Position numbers and translations under genes: made by a program. The notes under the pieces were generated by a model. It saw only the letters and a program-made list of their open reading frames with translations. It ran no database searches and was not told the origin of the DNA. This document shows, piece by piece, positions 1 through 12,045 of a stretch of DNA of 64,000 nt. Source of the DNA: an uncultured Gemmatimonadales bacterium (lineage in GTDB: Bacteria > Gemmatimonadota > Gemmatimonadetes > Longimicrobiales > Gaopeijiaceae); contig CAWGKG010000004.1 of assembly GCA_963823035.1 (NCBI GenBank), positions 224,001-288,000 of the forward strand. Direction: 5' to 3'. The first letter of the stretch is position 1; each line of letters opens with the position of its first letter.

Positions 1-123
1 GTGCCGTCCACGCGGGTGCGCTACGAGTTGAAGGTGCTCGGCCACCCCGACCTGAGCGACGCGCTCGCGCCGATCCTCGCGAAGGCGGGGGTGGATGCCG
101 CGGGGAGGGGCGCCGCGGATTGA
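1..123 (+). CDS. 3' end of an unidentified CDS (partial)
   Basis: Frame 1 is open from the window edge (VPSTRVRYELKVLGHPDLSDALAPILAKAG...) to TGA at 121-123, with GC-rich codon usage. Confidence 0.4.
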   Translation: MPSTRVRYELKVLGHPDLSDALAPILAKAGVDAAGRGAAD

Positions 124-1228
124 CGGGCCCGTCGTCGCGGTCTTCGTCACCCCGCACGGATTCGGCCACGCCGCCAGGGCCGCCGCCGTCATGGCGGAGC
201 TGGCGCGCGTGGCCGACGCGCGTTTCGAGCTGTACGCGGCGACGCCGAGGTGGTTCTTCGACGAATCCGTGCGGGGTCGCTACAGGCGTCCACGAGCTGC
301 GCACCGACGTGGGTTTCGTGCAGCGCTCCGCGCTGGCGCAGGACCTCCCGGCGACCGTTGCGGCGCTTCGGGCGTTCCTCCCTTTCGACGACGCCCTCGT
401 CGACGGGCTGGCCCTCGAGGTGCGGAGGGCGGGCTGCCGCGCCGTGCTGTGCGACGTGGCGGCGCTGGGGATCGCCGTCGCCGAGCGCGCGGGGGTGCCC
501 TCGGTCCTGATCGAGAACTTCACCTGGCCGTGGCTCTACGAGCCCCACCTGGAGGAGGCGCCCGCGCTCGCGGCGCTCTCCGAGCGGCTGGCGGCGTGGT
601 ACGCGCGCGCCACCTTCCACGTCCAGGCCGAGCCGGTGTGCGCCCCGGACCCGCGGGCCGACCTCGTCGTGCCCCCGATCAGCCGTGCGCCGAGACGATC
701 CCGCGAGGAGAGCCGCGCCGCGCTCGGGCTGGACGAGCTCGAGCCTGCGGTGCTGGTGACGTTGGGCGGGGTGCCGCACGAGCTCGGCTTCCTCGACAGG
801 ATGCGGGGCGTGCCGGGCGTGACCTTCCTCGTCACGGGCGCCGCCGCCACGGGCCGCGACGGCAACGTGCACCTCTACGACAACGACACGCCGATCTTCA
901 TGCCGGACATCGTGCGGGCCGTGGACGCGGTGGTGGGCAAGCCGAGCTACGGGACCGTCGCCGAGGTCTGGCGCGAGGGGCGCCCGTTCGCCTGGGTGAC
1001 GCGCCCGGACTTCCGGGAAGGCGGGCCCCTGGGTGCATGGGTTTCGTGACCGTCTCGCCGGATTCTCGATGGATGCCGCGGAGTTCGAATCCGGAGACTG
1101 GCTGGCGCGCGTTCCCGGGCTGCTCGCGACCTCGGCACCCCCCGGCGGCTGGCGAGGGGGGCGCGGAGCGGGTCGCCGCCTATCTCACGGAACGGGTGCC
1201 GGGAGGCCCGTCAGGAGCGGGTCGGTGA
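95..1228 (+). CDS. GT-B fold glycosyltransferase-like protein, resembling the L-arabinokinase N-terminal domain; frameshifted
   Basis: Motifs [28 protein letters not shown] and [12 protein letters not shown]. The protein is spread over ORFs 95-1228, 120-1049 and 1033-1281, with about 3 frameshifts. Confidence 0.7.
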   Translation: MPRGGAPRIDGPVVAVFVTPHGFGHAARAAAVMAELARVADARFELYAATPRWFFDESVRGRYRRPRAAHRRGFRAALRAGAGPPGDRCGASGVPPFRRRPRRRAGPRGAEGGLPRRAVRRGGAGDRRRRARGGALGPDRELHLAVALRAPPGGGARARGALRAAGGVVRARHLPRPGRAGVRPGPAGRPRRAPDQPCAETIPRGEPRRARAGRARACGAGDVGRGAARARLPRQDAGRAGRDLPRHGRRRHGPRRQRAPLRQRHADLHAGHRAGRGRGGGQAELRDRRRGLARGAPVRLGDAPGLPGRRAPGCMGFVTVSPDSRWMPRSSNPETGWRAFPGCSRPRHPPAAGEGGAERVAAYLTERVPGGPSGAGR

Positions 1229-2903
1229 CACCGAAGGCGTGCACGGCCAGCATCCCCAGCACGCCGATGACCGCGAGGTAGTAGAGCGTCGGCAGGATCG
1301 TCTTGCGCAGCGTGGCGCCTTCGCGCCCGAGCAGGCCGACCGTGGCGGAGGCGGCCACCACGTTGTGGATCGCGATCATGTTGCCCGCCGCCGCGCCCAC
1401 CGCCTGGAGAGCCACGATCATCACGGTCGACATGGCCAGGCGCTCGGCCACGCCGTACTGGAAGGCCGAGAACATCAGGTTGCTGACCGTGTTGGACCCG
1501 GCGATGAAGGCACCCAGCGCCCCCGTGGCGCCGGCGAAGAGCGGCCATACCCGCCCCACGTTGCCGGCTACCCACTCGGCCATGGCGATCGGCATCGAGA
1601 GCATCCCGGCGCCGTTCACGTCCGAGTTGATGTAGACGCGCACCATCGGCACCGTGAAGACGAGGACGATCCCCGCGCCCACGAGCACGCCCGCCGAGGA
1701 GCGCACGGCGGCTGCCACCTCGCGCGCGGGCATGCGGTGCAGGAAGGCCGTCACCGCGACCACCACGATGAGGATGAAGCCCGGGAGGTAGAGCGGCGTG
1801 GTCGACGCCGAGATCCCCGTGCCGAAGATGTCGGCCCACGTCAGCGCCGGGGCGCGCAACCACGCGCCGATGGGGAGGGACGGGAGGCGCGTCAGCACGA
1901 GCAGGAGCCCGACGAGCGCATAGGGCGCCCATGCCATCGCGGTGGAGATGCGCCCGCTCCCCTCCGACACCTCGGCCATCTCCTCCTCCAGACCGCTCAC
2001 CCAGTCCTCCCCCCAGGCGTCGCGCGGCGGGAAGTCCCAGCTGTCCTTCGGGAGGAGGATGCCGCGCCGCGCGGCCGCGACCACGATGGCGAGGCCGACC
2101 GGTGCGCCGAGGAGCGAGGGGAACTCCGGCCCCAGGAAGATGCCGAACAGCACGTACGGCACCGTGAAGGCGATCCCGCCGAAGAGCGTGAAGGGGAAGG
2201 CGCGCAGCCCCTCCGTCCACGACCGGTTGGCGCCGAAGAAGCGCGTCATCATCACCACCATGAAGGTGGGGATGAGCACGCCCGCGGCGGCGTGCAGGAG
2301 CACCGCCCGCGCGGTGACGAGGTGCAGGTAGTCCGTCATCGTGATGCCGGCCGCCGCGAGCTGGGCCGAGAAGGCCTCGCCACCCAGCCCGCCCTGCACG
2401 CCCACGAGGATCGGCGTGCCCACAGCGCCGAAGGTCACGGGCGTGCTCTGGACCATCATTCCGAGCATCACGGCGCAGGCTGCCGGAAAGCCCAGTGCCA
2501 CCATGAGGGGGGCGGCGACCGCGGCCGGCGTGCCGAACCCGGCGGAGCCCTCGATGAAGGCTCCGAAGAGCCAGCAGACGATGACCACCTGCACGCGCCG
2601 GTCGTCGCTGATGCCGTGGAAGCTCCGGCGGATGGCGGCCACGCCGCCCGAGCGTTCGAGCGTGTGCAGGAGGAGGAGCGCACCGAAGATGATGAAGAGG
2701 AGGTCGAACGTCAGGAACAGGCCCTGCACGGAGGCCGCGGCCACGCGGGTGGGCGCCATGCGCCACGCCTGCAGCGCCACGACCACGGCGGCGAGGTAGG
2801 CCGCCGGCATGGCCCGCTTGGCCGGGACGCGGAATCCGACGAGGAGGGAGCCGCCGAGCGCGATCGGAAGGAGCGCCAGGAGGGCCTGCATCCCGAGGCT
2901 CAT
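1185..2903 (-). CDS. lctP: L-lactate permease (LctP family)
   Basis: 572 aa polytopic membrane protein with [24 protein letters not shown] and [15 protein letters not shown] motifs. Confidence 0.9.
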   Translation of the reverse strand: MSLGMQALLALLPIALGGSLLVGFRVPAKRAMPAAYLAAVVVALQAWRMAPTRVAAASVQGLFLTFDLLFIIFGALLLLHTLERSGGVAAIRRSFHGISDDRRVQVVIVCWLFGAFIEGSAGFGTPAAVAAPLMVALGFPAACAVMLGMMVQSTPVTFGAVGTPILVGVQGGLGGEAFSAQLAAAGITMTDYLHLVTARAVLLHAAAGVLIPTFMVVMMTRFFGANRSWTEGLRAFPFTLFGGIAFTVPYVLFGIFLGPEFPSLLGAPVGLAIVVAAARRGILLPKDSWDFPPRDAWGEDWVSGLEEEMAEVSEGSGRISTAMAWAPYALVGLLLVLTRLPSLPIGAWLRAPALTWADIFGTGISASTTPLYLPGFILIVVVAVTAFLHRMPAREVAAAVRSSAGVLVGAGIVLVFTVPMVRVYINSDVNGAGMLSMPIAMAEWVAGNVGRVWPLFAGATGALGAFIAGSNTVSNLMFSAFQYGVAERLAMSTVMIVALQAVGAAAGNMIAIHNVVAASATVGLLGREGATLRKTILPTLYYLAVIGVLGMLAVHAFGVTDPLLTGLPAPVP

Positions 2904-2931
2904 GCCGCGAACCCCGCTCGCTCCAGGGCCC

Positions 2932-3609
2932 TCAGAAGGGCACCTCGACCGCCTTGCACAGGAAGGCCATGAAGGGTGACCCGGCCGCGAGCAGCTTCGC
3001 CAGCGCGCCCGGGAGGTCGGGGCTCGTCACGAACGACTGGGTGACGCTGCAGCCGCCGATGAAGTCCTTCCACTTGAGGTCCTCGGCCATCGGGTGCTCC
3101 GGGTCGAAGCCCCGCGGCGCACGGCTCAGCCGATCGCCCGACAGCTCGAAGCTGTCGGTGAACTTCTTTCCCCGGGACGCCTTCTTCCACGCGGCCGGGT
3201 CCTCGACGATGGCCTCGCGGATGCGGCGCGTGGTCGGCCCGTCCGGGTGCCAGATCCCCAGCCCCACGAAGCAGGCGCCGGGCTCGATGTGCACGTAGTA
3301 GCCCGGCGCGTGCACGTCGCCGGCGCGATCGTGTCGGAAGTGGATGCCCGTGTGGGTCTTGTAGGGGCTCTTGTCCTTCGCGAAGCGCGTGTCGCGATGG
3401 ATGCGGAAGAGCGCGCGCGGGCCGGCGCTGAAGTGCGGGCTGATGCGGCCGAGGCCGTCCTGGAAGTCCTGGATGAAGCGGAGCGCCGGCACCTTCACCT
3501 GGTCCTCGTAGCGGGCCTTGTTCTCGGCGAACCAGTCGCGGCGGTTGTTCGCCGCGAGCTCCTTGAGGAACTGGAAGGTCCTGGTGGTGAAGTACGGCGT
3601 CGGCGTCAC
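2932..3609 (-). CDS. DUF2461 (TIGR02453) family protein
   Basis: [32 protein letters not shown] and APRGF motifs; GAGGAGG RBS before GTG at 3609. Confidence 0.88.
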   Translation of the reverse strand: MTPTPYFTTRTFQFLKELAANNRRDWFAENKARYEDQVKVPALRFIQDFQDGLGRISPHFSAGPRALFRIHRDTRFAKDKSPYKTHTGIHFRHDRAGDVHAPGYYVHIEPGACFVGLGIWHPDGPTTRRIREAIVEDPAAWKKASRGKKFTDSFELSGDRLSRAPRGFDPEHPMAEDLKWKDFIGGCSVTQSFVTSPDLPGALAKLLAAGSPFMAFLCKAVEVPF

Positions 3610-3771
3610 GGCTCCTCCTCCCGTCGGGCTCGGTGATCGACGCAAGGGAGCTTACCCGGCGTCGGACCACAAGGGAGGGGGCGCTCGTGCCGGCGACGTT
3701 CGTCGTGCACGCGGCCATGCGGGACGAGAAGATCCCGAGGGCGCCCGTCCGCTGAGCGGGCCGACGGGGGC

Positions 3772-4432
3772 TCAGGGGTACAGCCGCTGCGTCTCCCAGG
3801 CGTCGCCCTCGCGGCGGAAGAGCAGACGCTCGTGGAGGCGGTCGGCCTTGCCCTGCCAGAACTCGATGCGGGTCGGGCCGCAGGAGGTAGCCGCCCCAGA
3901 ACGGGGGGAGGGGCACGTCGTCGCCCGGGTACTTCTCCTCGAACTGCCCTCACCCGCGCCTCGAGCTCCTCGCGCGACGGCAGGGGCTCGCTCTGCCTGG
4001 ACGCCCACGCGCCGACGCGGCTGCCGCGGCCGCGGGTGGCGAAGTAGCGCGTCGCTCTCCTCCTCGCGAGACCCGCTCGACCGTGCCCTCGACGCGCACC
4101 TGGCGCTCGAGGACCCCCCAGTGGAAGCAGAGCGCGGCCTGCGGGTTGGCCTCCAGCTCGCGCCGCCTTGCGGCTCCCGTAGTTCGTGTAGAAGACGAAG
4201 CCGCGCTCGTCGACGCCCTTGAGCAGCACCATGCGCACCGAGGGCAGTCCCGTCGGGCGTCGCGGTGGCGAGCGCCATGGACTCGGGCAGGAGGATGCCC
4301 GACTCCCGGCGGCGTGGAACCACTCCTCGAAGAGCTCGATCGGGATCCCGGTCCGCCGTCGGCCTCGGGAATGCCCTGCACGACGCCCTTGCCGAGCGTG
4401 ACGATGGTGCGGATGGAGGACTTCAGCGACAT
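3772..4432 (-). CDS. pdxH: Pyridoxamine 5'-phosphate oxidase; several frameshifts
   Basis: [53 protein letters not shown] and IEFWQG...RLHER...QRLYP are distributed over several frames. Confidence 0.9.
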
Positions 4433-4549
4433 GCGTGCTCCTGCAAGGTGCCGATGGACGGACGGAAGATCGCCGGAGCGCCGGCCGCGGGGCAACGCGG
4501 CGGCCGCGTCGTCCTGCCCCTTGAACCGCTGGGGGGGATGTGCGATACG

Positions 4550-4587
4550 TTGATGCGTGACCCCCTCCCCCCTGGGGGGGGCATCAA
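4550..4587. promoter_or_regulatory. Putative CsoR operator
   Basis: TTGATGC...GCATCAA inverted repeat enclosing a C-tract/G-tract (CCCCCC-T-GGGGGGGG), directly upstream of csoR. Confidence 0.6.
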
Positions 4588-4600
4588 GCGAGGAGGCGAG

Positions 4601-4879
4601 ATGGCCGACGAGCGGACCAGCGACATCGTGCGGCGCCTGAAGAGCGTGGAAGGCCACGTCCGCGGGATCGAGCGGATGGTGGAGGAGGGCGCGTACTGCG
4701 TGGACGTGGTGAACCAGATCCTGGCGGTGCAGCGGGCCCTCAAGAAGGTGAGCGGCCTGGTGCTGGACCGGCACCTGCACTCCTGCGTCACCCACGCCAT
4801 CCAGGGCGACGACGTCCAGGCGAAGGAGCGGGTCCTGGGCGAGCTCCTGGAGGTCTTCGAGGCCACGGGGAAGAGCTGA
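4601..4879 (+). CDS. csoR: Copper-sensing repressor, CsoR/RcnR family
   Basis: RRLKSVEGHVRGIERMVEEGAYC...QILAV...HLHSC carries the Cys/His/Cys Cu(I) ligands; AGGAGG RBS. Confidence 0.92.
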   Translation: MADERTSDIVRRLKSVEGHVRGIERMVEEGAYCVDVVNQILAVQRALKKVSGLVLDRHLHSCVTHAIQGDDVQAKERVLGELLEVFEATGKS

Positions 4880-4937
4880 GCGGCGACGCGAGATCGCCGA
4901 CGAGACGACACCGAACATCGAGAAGAGGAAGCGACCC

Positions 4938-5146
4938 ATGACGACGAAGACCGTGACGGTGCCGAACATCAGCTGCGGCCACTGCGTGATGACCATCCAG
5001 CGCGAGGTGGGCGAGCTGGACGGCGTGAGCGACGTGAAGGCCGAGCAGGAGACGAAGCGCGTGACGATCTCCTGGGACCCGGACGCCACCGACTGGGTGG
5101 TGATCGAGGACACCATGAAGGAGATCAACTACCCGCCGGCGGCTGA
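4938..5146 (+). CDS. copZ: Copper chaperone (HMA domain)
   Basis: NISCGHC motif, about 69 aa. TGA at 5144-5146 is off-frame by one base, so the ORF as given reads into copA. Confidence 0.8.
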
Positions 5147-5180
5147 GCGGCGGCGGGAATCGAGGGACGGGAGGCTGGCC

Positions 5181-7676
5181 ATGGCCGTCGAGCGCGAGCT
5201 GACGATCCCCGTCACGGGGATGACGTGCGCGAACTGCGCCGCCACCGTCGAGCGCACGCTGAAGAAGACCGAGGGCGTGCTCGACGCGTCGGTGAACTAC
5301 GCCTCGGAGCGCGCCACCGTGCGCTTCGATCCCACCGAGGTGCGGGAGGACCAGCTGGTGGAGCGGATCTCGGGCGCGGGCTACGGCGTGGCCACGCAGC
5401 GCATGGAGATCCCGATCACGGGGATGACGTGCGCGAACTGCGCCGCCACCATCGAGCGGACGCTGCAGTCGCGCGTGCCGGGCGTGGTGTCGGCGGCGGT
5501 GAACTTCGCCACCGAGAAGGCGGTGGTGGAGGTGGTGGCGGGCGCCGTCGGCTGGAAGGAGGTCGCCGCGGGCGATCGAGGCCGCGGGCTACGGCGTGGT
5601 GGACGCCGCGCCCGGGGAGATGGAGGACGCCGAGGCGGCGGCGCGCCGCGCCGAGATCGCCGACCAGACCCGGAAGTTCTGGACGGGCGTGGCGTTCGCC
5701 CTGCCGCTCTTCCTGCTGAGCATGGCCCGCGACTTCGGGCTGCTCGGCGCGTGGGCCCACGCGCCCTGGGTGAACTGGCTCATGTTCGCCCTGGCCACCC
5801 CCGTGCAGTTCTACGTGGGCTGGGACTACTACGTGGGCGGGTGGAAGTCGCTGCGGAACGGCTCGGCGAACATGGACGTGCTGGTCGCCATGGGCTCGTC
5901 GGTGGCGTACGTCTACTCGATCGTGGTGGCGGTGGCGCTCACGCTGGGCACCACCGCCGCTGGGCGAGCACGTCTACTTCGAGACGTCCGCGCTCATCAT
6001 CACGCTCATCAAGCTGGGCAAGCTCCTCGAGGTGCGGGCCAAGGGCGAGACGTCCGCGGCGATCAAGGAGCTCATGGGGCTGCGGCCCGGACACCGCGCG
6101 GGTGGTGCGCGACGGGGCCGAGGTCGACGTGCCCATCGAGCAGGTGGTGGTCGACGACGTGGTCCTCGTGCGGCCCGGGCGAGCGCATCCCCGTGGACGG
6201 CGTGGTCGTGCGAGGGCCGCTCCGCGGTCGACGAGAGCATGCTCACCGGCGAGAGCATGCCGGTGGAGAAGGGCCCGGGCGACGAGGTGGTGGGCGCCAC
6301 GATCAACAAGGAGGGCGCGCTCCGCTTCCGCGCCACCCGGGTGGGCGCCGACACCGCGCTGGCCCAGATCATCCGGCTGGTCCAGGAGGCGCAGGGAAGC
6401 AAGGCGCCGATCCAGCGCCTGGCCGACCGGGTCGCCGCCGTCTTCGTCCCGGCGGTCATCGCGCTCGCGGTGGCGACCTTCCTGATCTGGTGGCTGGCCG
6501 TGGGCGCGGGCTTCACGCCGGCCCTCATCCGCCTGGTGGCGGTGCTGGTCATCGCCTGCCCGTGCGCGCTCGGCCTGGCCACGCCCACCGCGATCATGGT
6601 GGGCACGGGGAAGGGCGCGAAGCTGGGCATCCTCTTCCGCAGCTCGGCGGCGCTCGAGCGCGCGCATCGGCTCGACGTCGTCGTCCTCGACAAGACGGGC
6701 ACCGTCACCCGCGGCGAGCCCGCGGTGCGGGAGGTCGTGGGCCGCCTCCCCGTGGCGGTGTCCGTGGACGGCGGCGGCGACGACGCGGAGCGCTGGCTCC
6801 TGCGGCTGGCCGCGTCCGCCGAGCGCCGCAGCGAGCACCCGCTGGCGGCGGCCGTGGTGCGCGAGGCGGAAGCGCGGGGCATCGCGCTCGCGTCGCCCGA
6901 TGCCTTCAGCGCCGTGCCGGGCGGGGCGTCGTCGCCTCCGTGGAGGATCGCGACGTGGTGATCGGCACGCGCCGGCTGCTCGAGGAGAAGGGCATCGCGA
7001 CCGACGCGCTCGAGGGGGACGCCGCACGCATCGAGGCCGCGGCCCGCACGCCCCTGTGGGTGGCGGTGGACGGCGAGGCCGTCGGGCTGTTCGCCGTCGC
7101 GGACGCCGTGAAGGAGGGCTCGAAGGAGGCGGTGGCCCAGCTGCGTCGCCAGGGCCTGCGCGTGGTCATGCTCACGGGCGACAACCGCACCACGGCCGAG
7201 GCGATCGCACGGGAGGTGGGCATCGCCGAGGTGCGCGCCGAGGTGCTCCCCGACCAGAAGGCGGACGTGGTCCGGGAGCTCGCCGGAGGACGGCTCGCTG
7301 GTGGCGATGGTGGGTGACGGCATCAACGACGCGCCCGGCGCTCGTGCAGGCCGACGTGGGCATCGCGATCGGCACGGGCACCGACGTGGCCATGGAGGCC
7401 GCCGACGTCACGCTCATGCGCGGCGACCTGCGCTCCGTGCCCCAGGCGCTGGCGCTCAGCCGGCGCGACCATGCGCACGATCAAGCAGAACCTCTTCTGG
7501 GCGTTCTTCTACAACGTCGTGCTCATCCCGGTCGCGGCGGGAGCGCTCTACCCGCTGACCGTCGCTGCCGATGATGCTCCGCCAGCTCCACCCGATCCTG
7601 GCGGCCCTCGCGATGGCGTTCAGCTCGGTGACGCGTGGTGGGCAACAGCCTGCGCCTGCGGCGCGTGCGTATCTGA
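5181..7676 (+). CDS. copA: Cu(I)-translocating P1B-type ATPase; multiple frameshifts
   Basis: Two GMTCANC metal-binding domains plus [41 protein letters not shown] and MAFSS motifs across frames; GGAGG RBS before ATG 5181. Confidence 0.92.
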
Positions 7677-7686
7677 CCCGGGCTGC

Positions 7687-10600
7687 TCAGCCGGCCGCGA
7701 CCTGCGCGAGCGTGTTTCGCAGCCGCTGGGTGAGCATCCGGTAGATCCCCCGCGCCACCGACGGGTTCTGCTCGATGAGGCGATCGAAGGAGTCGCGGTC
7801 GATCTTGCAGCAGCGTGGTGGGCTCGGCCGCCGTCGCGGTGGCGGAGCGGGTCTCCTGGTCGAGGATCGCCATCTCTCCGAATCCCTCGCGTGGGCCGAG
7901 CAGCGCCAGCTCGTGGCTCGCGCGCATGATGCGGATGCCGCCGCGCACCACCATGTAGAAGGCGTCCCCCACCTCCCCCTGCTCGAAGACGACCTCGTCG
8001 GTCTCGAGGTGGACGACCTCCGCCAGCGAGGCGATGCCCGCGAGGTCGCTCCCGGGGAAATGGCGGAAGAGCTGGGAGCCCTTCAGGATCATGACGCACT
8101 CGATGAGGGGGATCATGCGGGGTTTCTCCGGGTGGCGGTCGGGGTTGCGGCCGGGAAGGCCGATCTCGGCGTCGCGGCCGAGTCCGTGCAGGGCGAGGGC
8201 CTTCGCCCACCAGTCGTCGTCGTCGAGCAGCCGCTCCAGCGGTCGGGCGTCCGTGCGGGCGGCGTCGGGCACGAGCGGCGCGACACGCTCCAGGGCGAAG
8301 CGCTCGGCCGCCGCTTCGGCGAAGGGCATCACCACGCGGCCGTGCTCCGCGGAGAGGATGCCCTCCAGCAGCTCCAGCGCGTTGCTGCGCGCGCCCGCGT
8401 CGTCCGCGGAGAGGCCGGAGCGCACGGCGTCCACGACCTCGGGGTCGTGGGACAGCACGAGGATGCGCAGCACGCGGGACAGCGATCGCCACGCGAGGCC
8501 GTGCAGCTCGGCGGCCAGGAATCCGTGGCGGACGTCGCCGTCGAGCTGGGCCGAGACCAGCGCGTAGCGAAGCCCGGTTCGCACTTCGCGCGCCAGGGCG
8601 GCGCGGAGCCGTGCCGGGACCACCGGATCGATGCGGGCATCCCGGCGCAGTCGCTGCAGCGACGTGAGCGCGGCGGGCCCGAGCGCGGGCTCGTCGATCA
8701 GCTCCACGAGGGCGTCGCGCGCGTCCTGGTGCGGCACCCCCGCGAGCGCCGTGACGATCCCGCGCCGCATCGGGAGCGGGAGCTCCCTGCGCAGCAGGAG
8801 TCCGCGCAGGGCGGGTACCGCGGGCGCACCCAGGGTGGAGAGCGCGCGTAGCGCGGCGGGGCGCACGGCGTCGTCGTGCACGGCTTCCGCCAGGTCGGGG
8901 AGAAGCTCCAGGCGCCGGAGGGCCCCGGCCGCCCGCGCACCCACCACGCGGTCCTGCGCGGGCCGCCCCGGGGCCAGGAGCGCACGCAGGTGAGCGCCGA
9001 CGTCGGGCCACCCGGACCGACCGAGCGCGACGGCGGCGGCCTCGCGCACGCGCGTCGTCCTCATCCTCCAGGAACGGCCCGACCAGGGTCGGCTCGGCTT
9101 GCCCCCACGCGCCGAACGTGGCCAGCTACGGAGGCCCGCACGAAGGCGGACGGCTCTGCGCGCAGCCGTGCGTGGAGCGCGTCGAGCGGGCGATCCTCCT
9201 CCTCCAGGTCCAGCCCTGCGAGCACCTGGGCCGCCTCCGCCCGAACCTCGGGCGTGCCGTGGTCGAGAAGGCCGAGCACGCGTGGCAGAGCCTCGTCGAC
9301 GGGTAGCTGCTCGAGCAGCGAGAGGGAGAAGACCACCACGGTGGGATCGGCGTCCGCGAGGCCCTGGTCGATGACGGTCATGGCGGCCCGATCCACCACG
9401 AGGGGGACGTGGGTGGGCGAGGTGAAGTCGACCGCGTGCCGGTTGAGCGCGTTCGTGAGCGCAGACAGGTAGAGCCCGCGGTGGCGGAGGAGGACGAAGA
9501 ACGCGGCCGCGGCGCATGCCGTGGCGATCACGAGCAGCACGGGGCCGTGCCCCAGCAGGAGGATGGCGAGCAGCCCCGCGACGCCCTTGGACAGCGGGCG
9601 CATGACCCCGCCCAGCGTGGCCAGCGCCGCGCTCTTCGCCGTCCCCGGGGAAGGGGAGGAGCGAGACCTGCTCCACCGGCTTCTGGATCGAGAACTGGAG
9701 GATGTCGTCCACGGCCTGCGCGGCGGCGAGCATCCACACGCCGCCGACGACCGCCGCGCCCCCGGCGGCGAGGGCCAGCACGCCGCCCTGCATCGCCCCC
9801 GCGAAGGAGACGCCGAGGCGGGGGAAGAGCCAGCGGGAGGCCACGAGCTGGAGGAGGAGCGTGCCCCCGCCGACCACGCTCGACATGATGCCCAGGACCG
9901 CCGTGATGCGGTCGCGGTCGAAGGAAGCCTGCAGGCCGAGCTTGAACTGCAGCTCGATCAGCGTTCCCGCGAGCGTGATTCCGACGAGGGAGACCGCCAT
10001 GAGCCGCAGGAGCGGCTCCGATCCGATCGTACGGAATCCCCGCGCGGCTCCCCGGACGAAGCCACGCACCGCGCCCTTTCCCACGTCGGCGGTCTCGTCG
10101 ACCGGCTTCCCGGGCTCGGGTACGGTCCAGAGGAGGGGGAGGGCCGCGGCGAGCAGCGCCGCGCCCACCAGGAGGAGGTTGGGCGTTCCGAGCGCGACGG
10201 CGAGCGCCGGAACCGACCCCCCGCCGACCATCGCGCCCACGCGAGGCGCCGAGGCCGAAGAGCGGCGCCAGACGCTTCATTTGTCGGCCTGTGAGAAGGT
10301 CTCCGACGAAGTCCCAGGCATGGGTCAAGCAAATCACCTGTACAGCCGACATTACCAGATAGACAGCCAGGGCCATGCGTGAATTCCACGCGAAGAGCCA
10401 GCGGGACAGGAGGACCGCAAAGACCAGGGAGGCGGTGAGCCACAAGGCCAGGCGTCGCCTTGCCGTCCCTGCGATCACCCCGGAAAAAGCCACTGTGACC
10501 ACCGCCGTGACCACGGCTGCGCCGATCACGACGTGGGGGATGTAGCGCCCGGGGTAGACCGACAGAAACAGACCGTTCTTGGAAGCCGACAGGATGGTCG

Positions 10601-10706
10601 ATGCCGCGGTGCACAGGAGGAGGTAGCTCCCGAGCACGAGGAGCGTGCGTCCCTCGCCCGGACGCAGGTGGAGCGCACGCGCTAGCGGATTGGACACCTG
10701 GGCCAT
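7687..10706 (-). CDS. NTT/TLC-like MFS membrane domain + HEAT repeats + cyclic-nucleotide-binding domain; frameshifted
   Basis: N-terminal TM region (LHLRPGEGR...GLFLSVYP...[10 protein letters not shown]), central Ala/Leu/Arg-rich HEAT-like repeats, and a C-terminal cNMP domain ([12 protein letters not shown]...[13 protein letters not shown]). Confidence 0.78.
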
Positions 10707-10716
10707 GGGGGGCGGG

Positions 10717-11484
10717 TCACAGTGTGACCTTGAGCAGTACCGAGAACTTCTGATCGTCGGGCCCAACGCCCGGCGGCGGCACGGAATCATGGAGGAATTC
10801 GTGCTCGATCGACAACGAAACGTCCTTCAAGACCTTCGTCGACACGGACGTCGTCATGGTCACGAGAAAGTTGGACGTACGGTCCCAGACCGGCTGATAG
10901 AAGGTCGTGTACTCGACCGTGGTGGTCTCGCTGAGGGTCTTCTCTCCCTTGGCCCGGATGCTCCATCGTGCGAGGCTCTCCGTCTCCGCGTGGTCGGATC
11001 CGGGATCCAGGAGGAAATTCTGGTAGTCCCAGATGAGGGCCGCGCTCAGCGACGCATCGCCACTCTCCCCGTCCCAGAACTGGTACTTCGCTCCGGCGCC
11101 GCCGTTCGACCTGAAGTCGAGCTTGCGGATCACGTCTCGCGAAGCGTCGATGAAGACGAAGGGGGACCAGGTGTCCTGCGGCCACAGGTCGAGCTTCATC
11201 GCGACCTTCTGGTCGTTGGCGATGACCTTCTCGTCGCTCATCCCGTAGCGAAGAAGCGTCGAGAACTCGAACTCGGCCACGTCCGTCCGCAGGTGCTTGG
11301 CGCGCGCTCCCGTGCGCAGGATGGAGAAGGAGCTGTTCCCACTCGACCCGTTGAAGCCCAGCTCGAGCTGGACGCTCCACGCCGCCGGCGGCTGCCGCTG
11401 GCCCGAACAGGGCACGGCGAGCACGAGCGCGAGCGTGAGCCAGAGTGTGAACGGGACGGCGCGGGAGGGATGGATTGGGGGCAT
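10717..11484 (-). CDS. DUF481-family outer-membrane beta-barrel protein
   Basis: Signal peptide, ELGFNGSSGNS, amphipathic beta-strands, a D..PP.G..P.D C-terminal motif and a terminal strand (VLLKVTL). Confidence 0.75.
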   Translation of the reverse strand: MPPIHPSRAVPFTLWLTLALVLAVPCSGQRQPPAAWSVQLELGFNGSSGNSSFSILRTGARAKHLRTDVAEFEFSTLLRYGMSDEKVIANDQKVAMKLDLWPQDTWSPFVFIDASRDVIRKLDFRSNGGAGAKYQFWDGESGDASLSAALIWDYQNFLLDPGSDHAETESLARWSIRAKGEKTLSETTTVEYTTFYQPVWDRTSNFLVTMTTSVSTKVLKDVSLSIEHEFLHDSVPPPGVGPDDQKFSVLLKVTL

Positions 11485-11667
11485 GACGCGGAGGCGTGGA
11501 GTCGGGCGAGGAGTCGGGGGGCGCCGGAAGGTCTGCATGCGATGTCCCGAGGGCAAGGCAACGCCCGTCCATGGCTCGTAGCCGACGGTTTCGTCCCCGC
11601 TGGCCTCGCTACTATGTTGACGCACGTCGATCGGTCGTCCACACCTCTTCAGGCGAGGGGGTGAAAC

Positions 11668-12045
11668 ATGGCCGGACGCATCGACAGTGGATTCCCCGGC
11701 GGCCCGCGCCGCCATACGGAGCCCTCCCCGAGAGGTGACCGCCCGCCTCGGATCGAGCCGGTCGGAGAGTTGGAGCAACGGGTCTCACGGCGCAAGCTGG
11801 AGCGCACGCGGAAGCGTCGGACGCGGCGGATCGCGTTCGGGCTGTTCGCCGCCACGTTTCTGGCCGGTTCCGTGGGCGCCTACGTCGGATATGCCAGCCA
11901 CACCACGCCTCAGGAGGTCATGGAGGCTCAGGACGCCGCGAAGCGCCGGGACGACAAGATCTCGAGCGAGGTGAATCGCACCCTCCTCGAACTCTGGAAG
12001 ATGGAAGACGTGGAATCCCTCAGGAACATGGGGCGGACGCGCTGA
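11668..12045 (+). CDS. Hypothetical single-TM protein
   Basis: 125 aa; a basic stretch followed by the hydrophobic helix IAFGLFAATFLAGSVGAYVGY; TGATG overlap with the next gene. Confidence 0.7.
   Translation: MAGRIDSGFPGGPRRHTEPSPRGDRPPRIEPVGELEQRVSRRKLERTRKRRTRRIAFGLFAATFLAGSVGAYVGYASHTTPQEVMEAQDAAKRRDDKISSEVNRTLLELWKMEDVESLRNMGRTR

Noticed and set aside
5212..5462. Direct repeat ATCACGGGGATGACGTGCGCGAACTGCGCCGCCACC-like in copA
   Set aside because: Explained by the two tandem HMA domains, so it is not a mobile or CRISPR repeat.
4938..5600. Apparent in-frame CopZ-CopA fusion
   Set aside because: Restoring one missing base puts TGA 5144-5146 in frame, and copA has its own GGAGG RBS and ATG at 5181. 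This is most likely an indel artefact.
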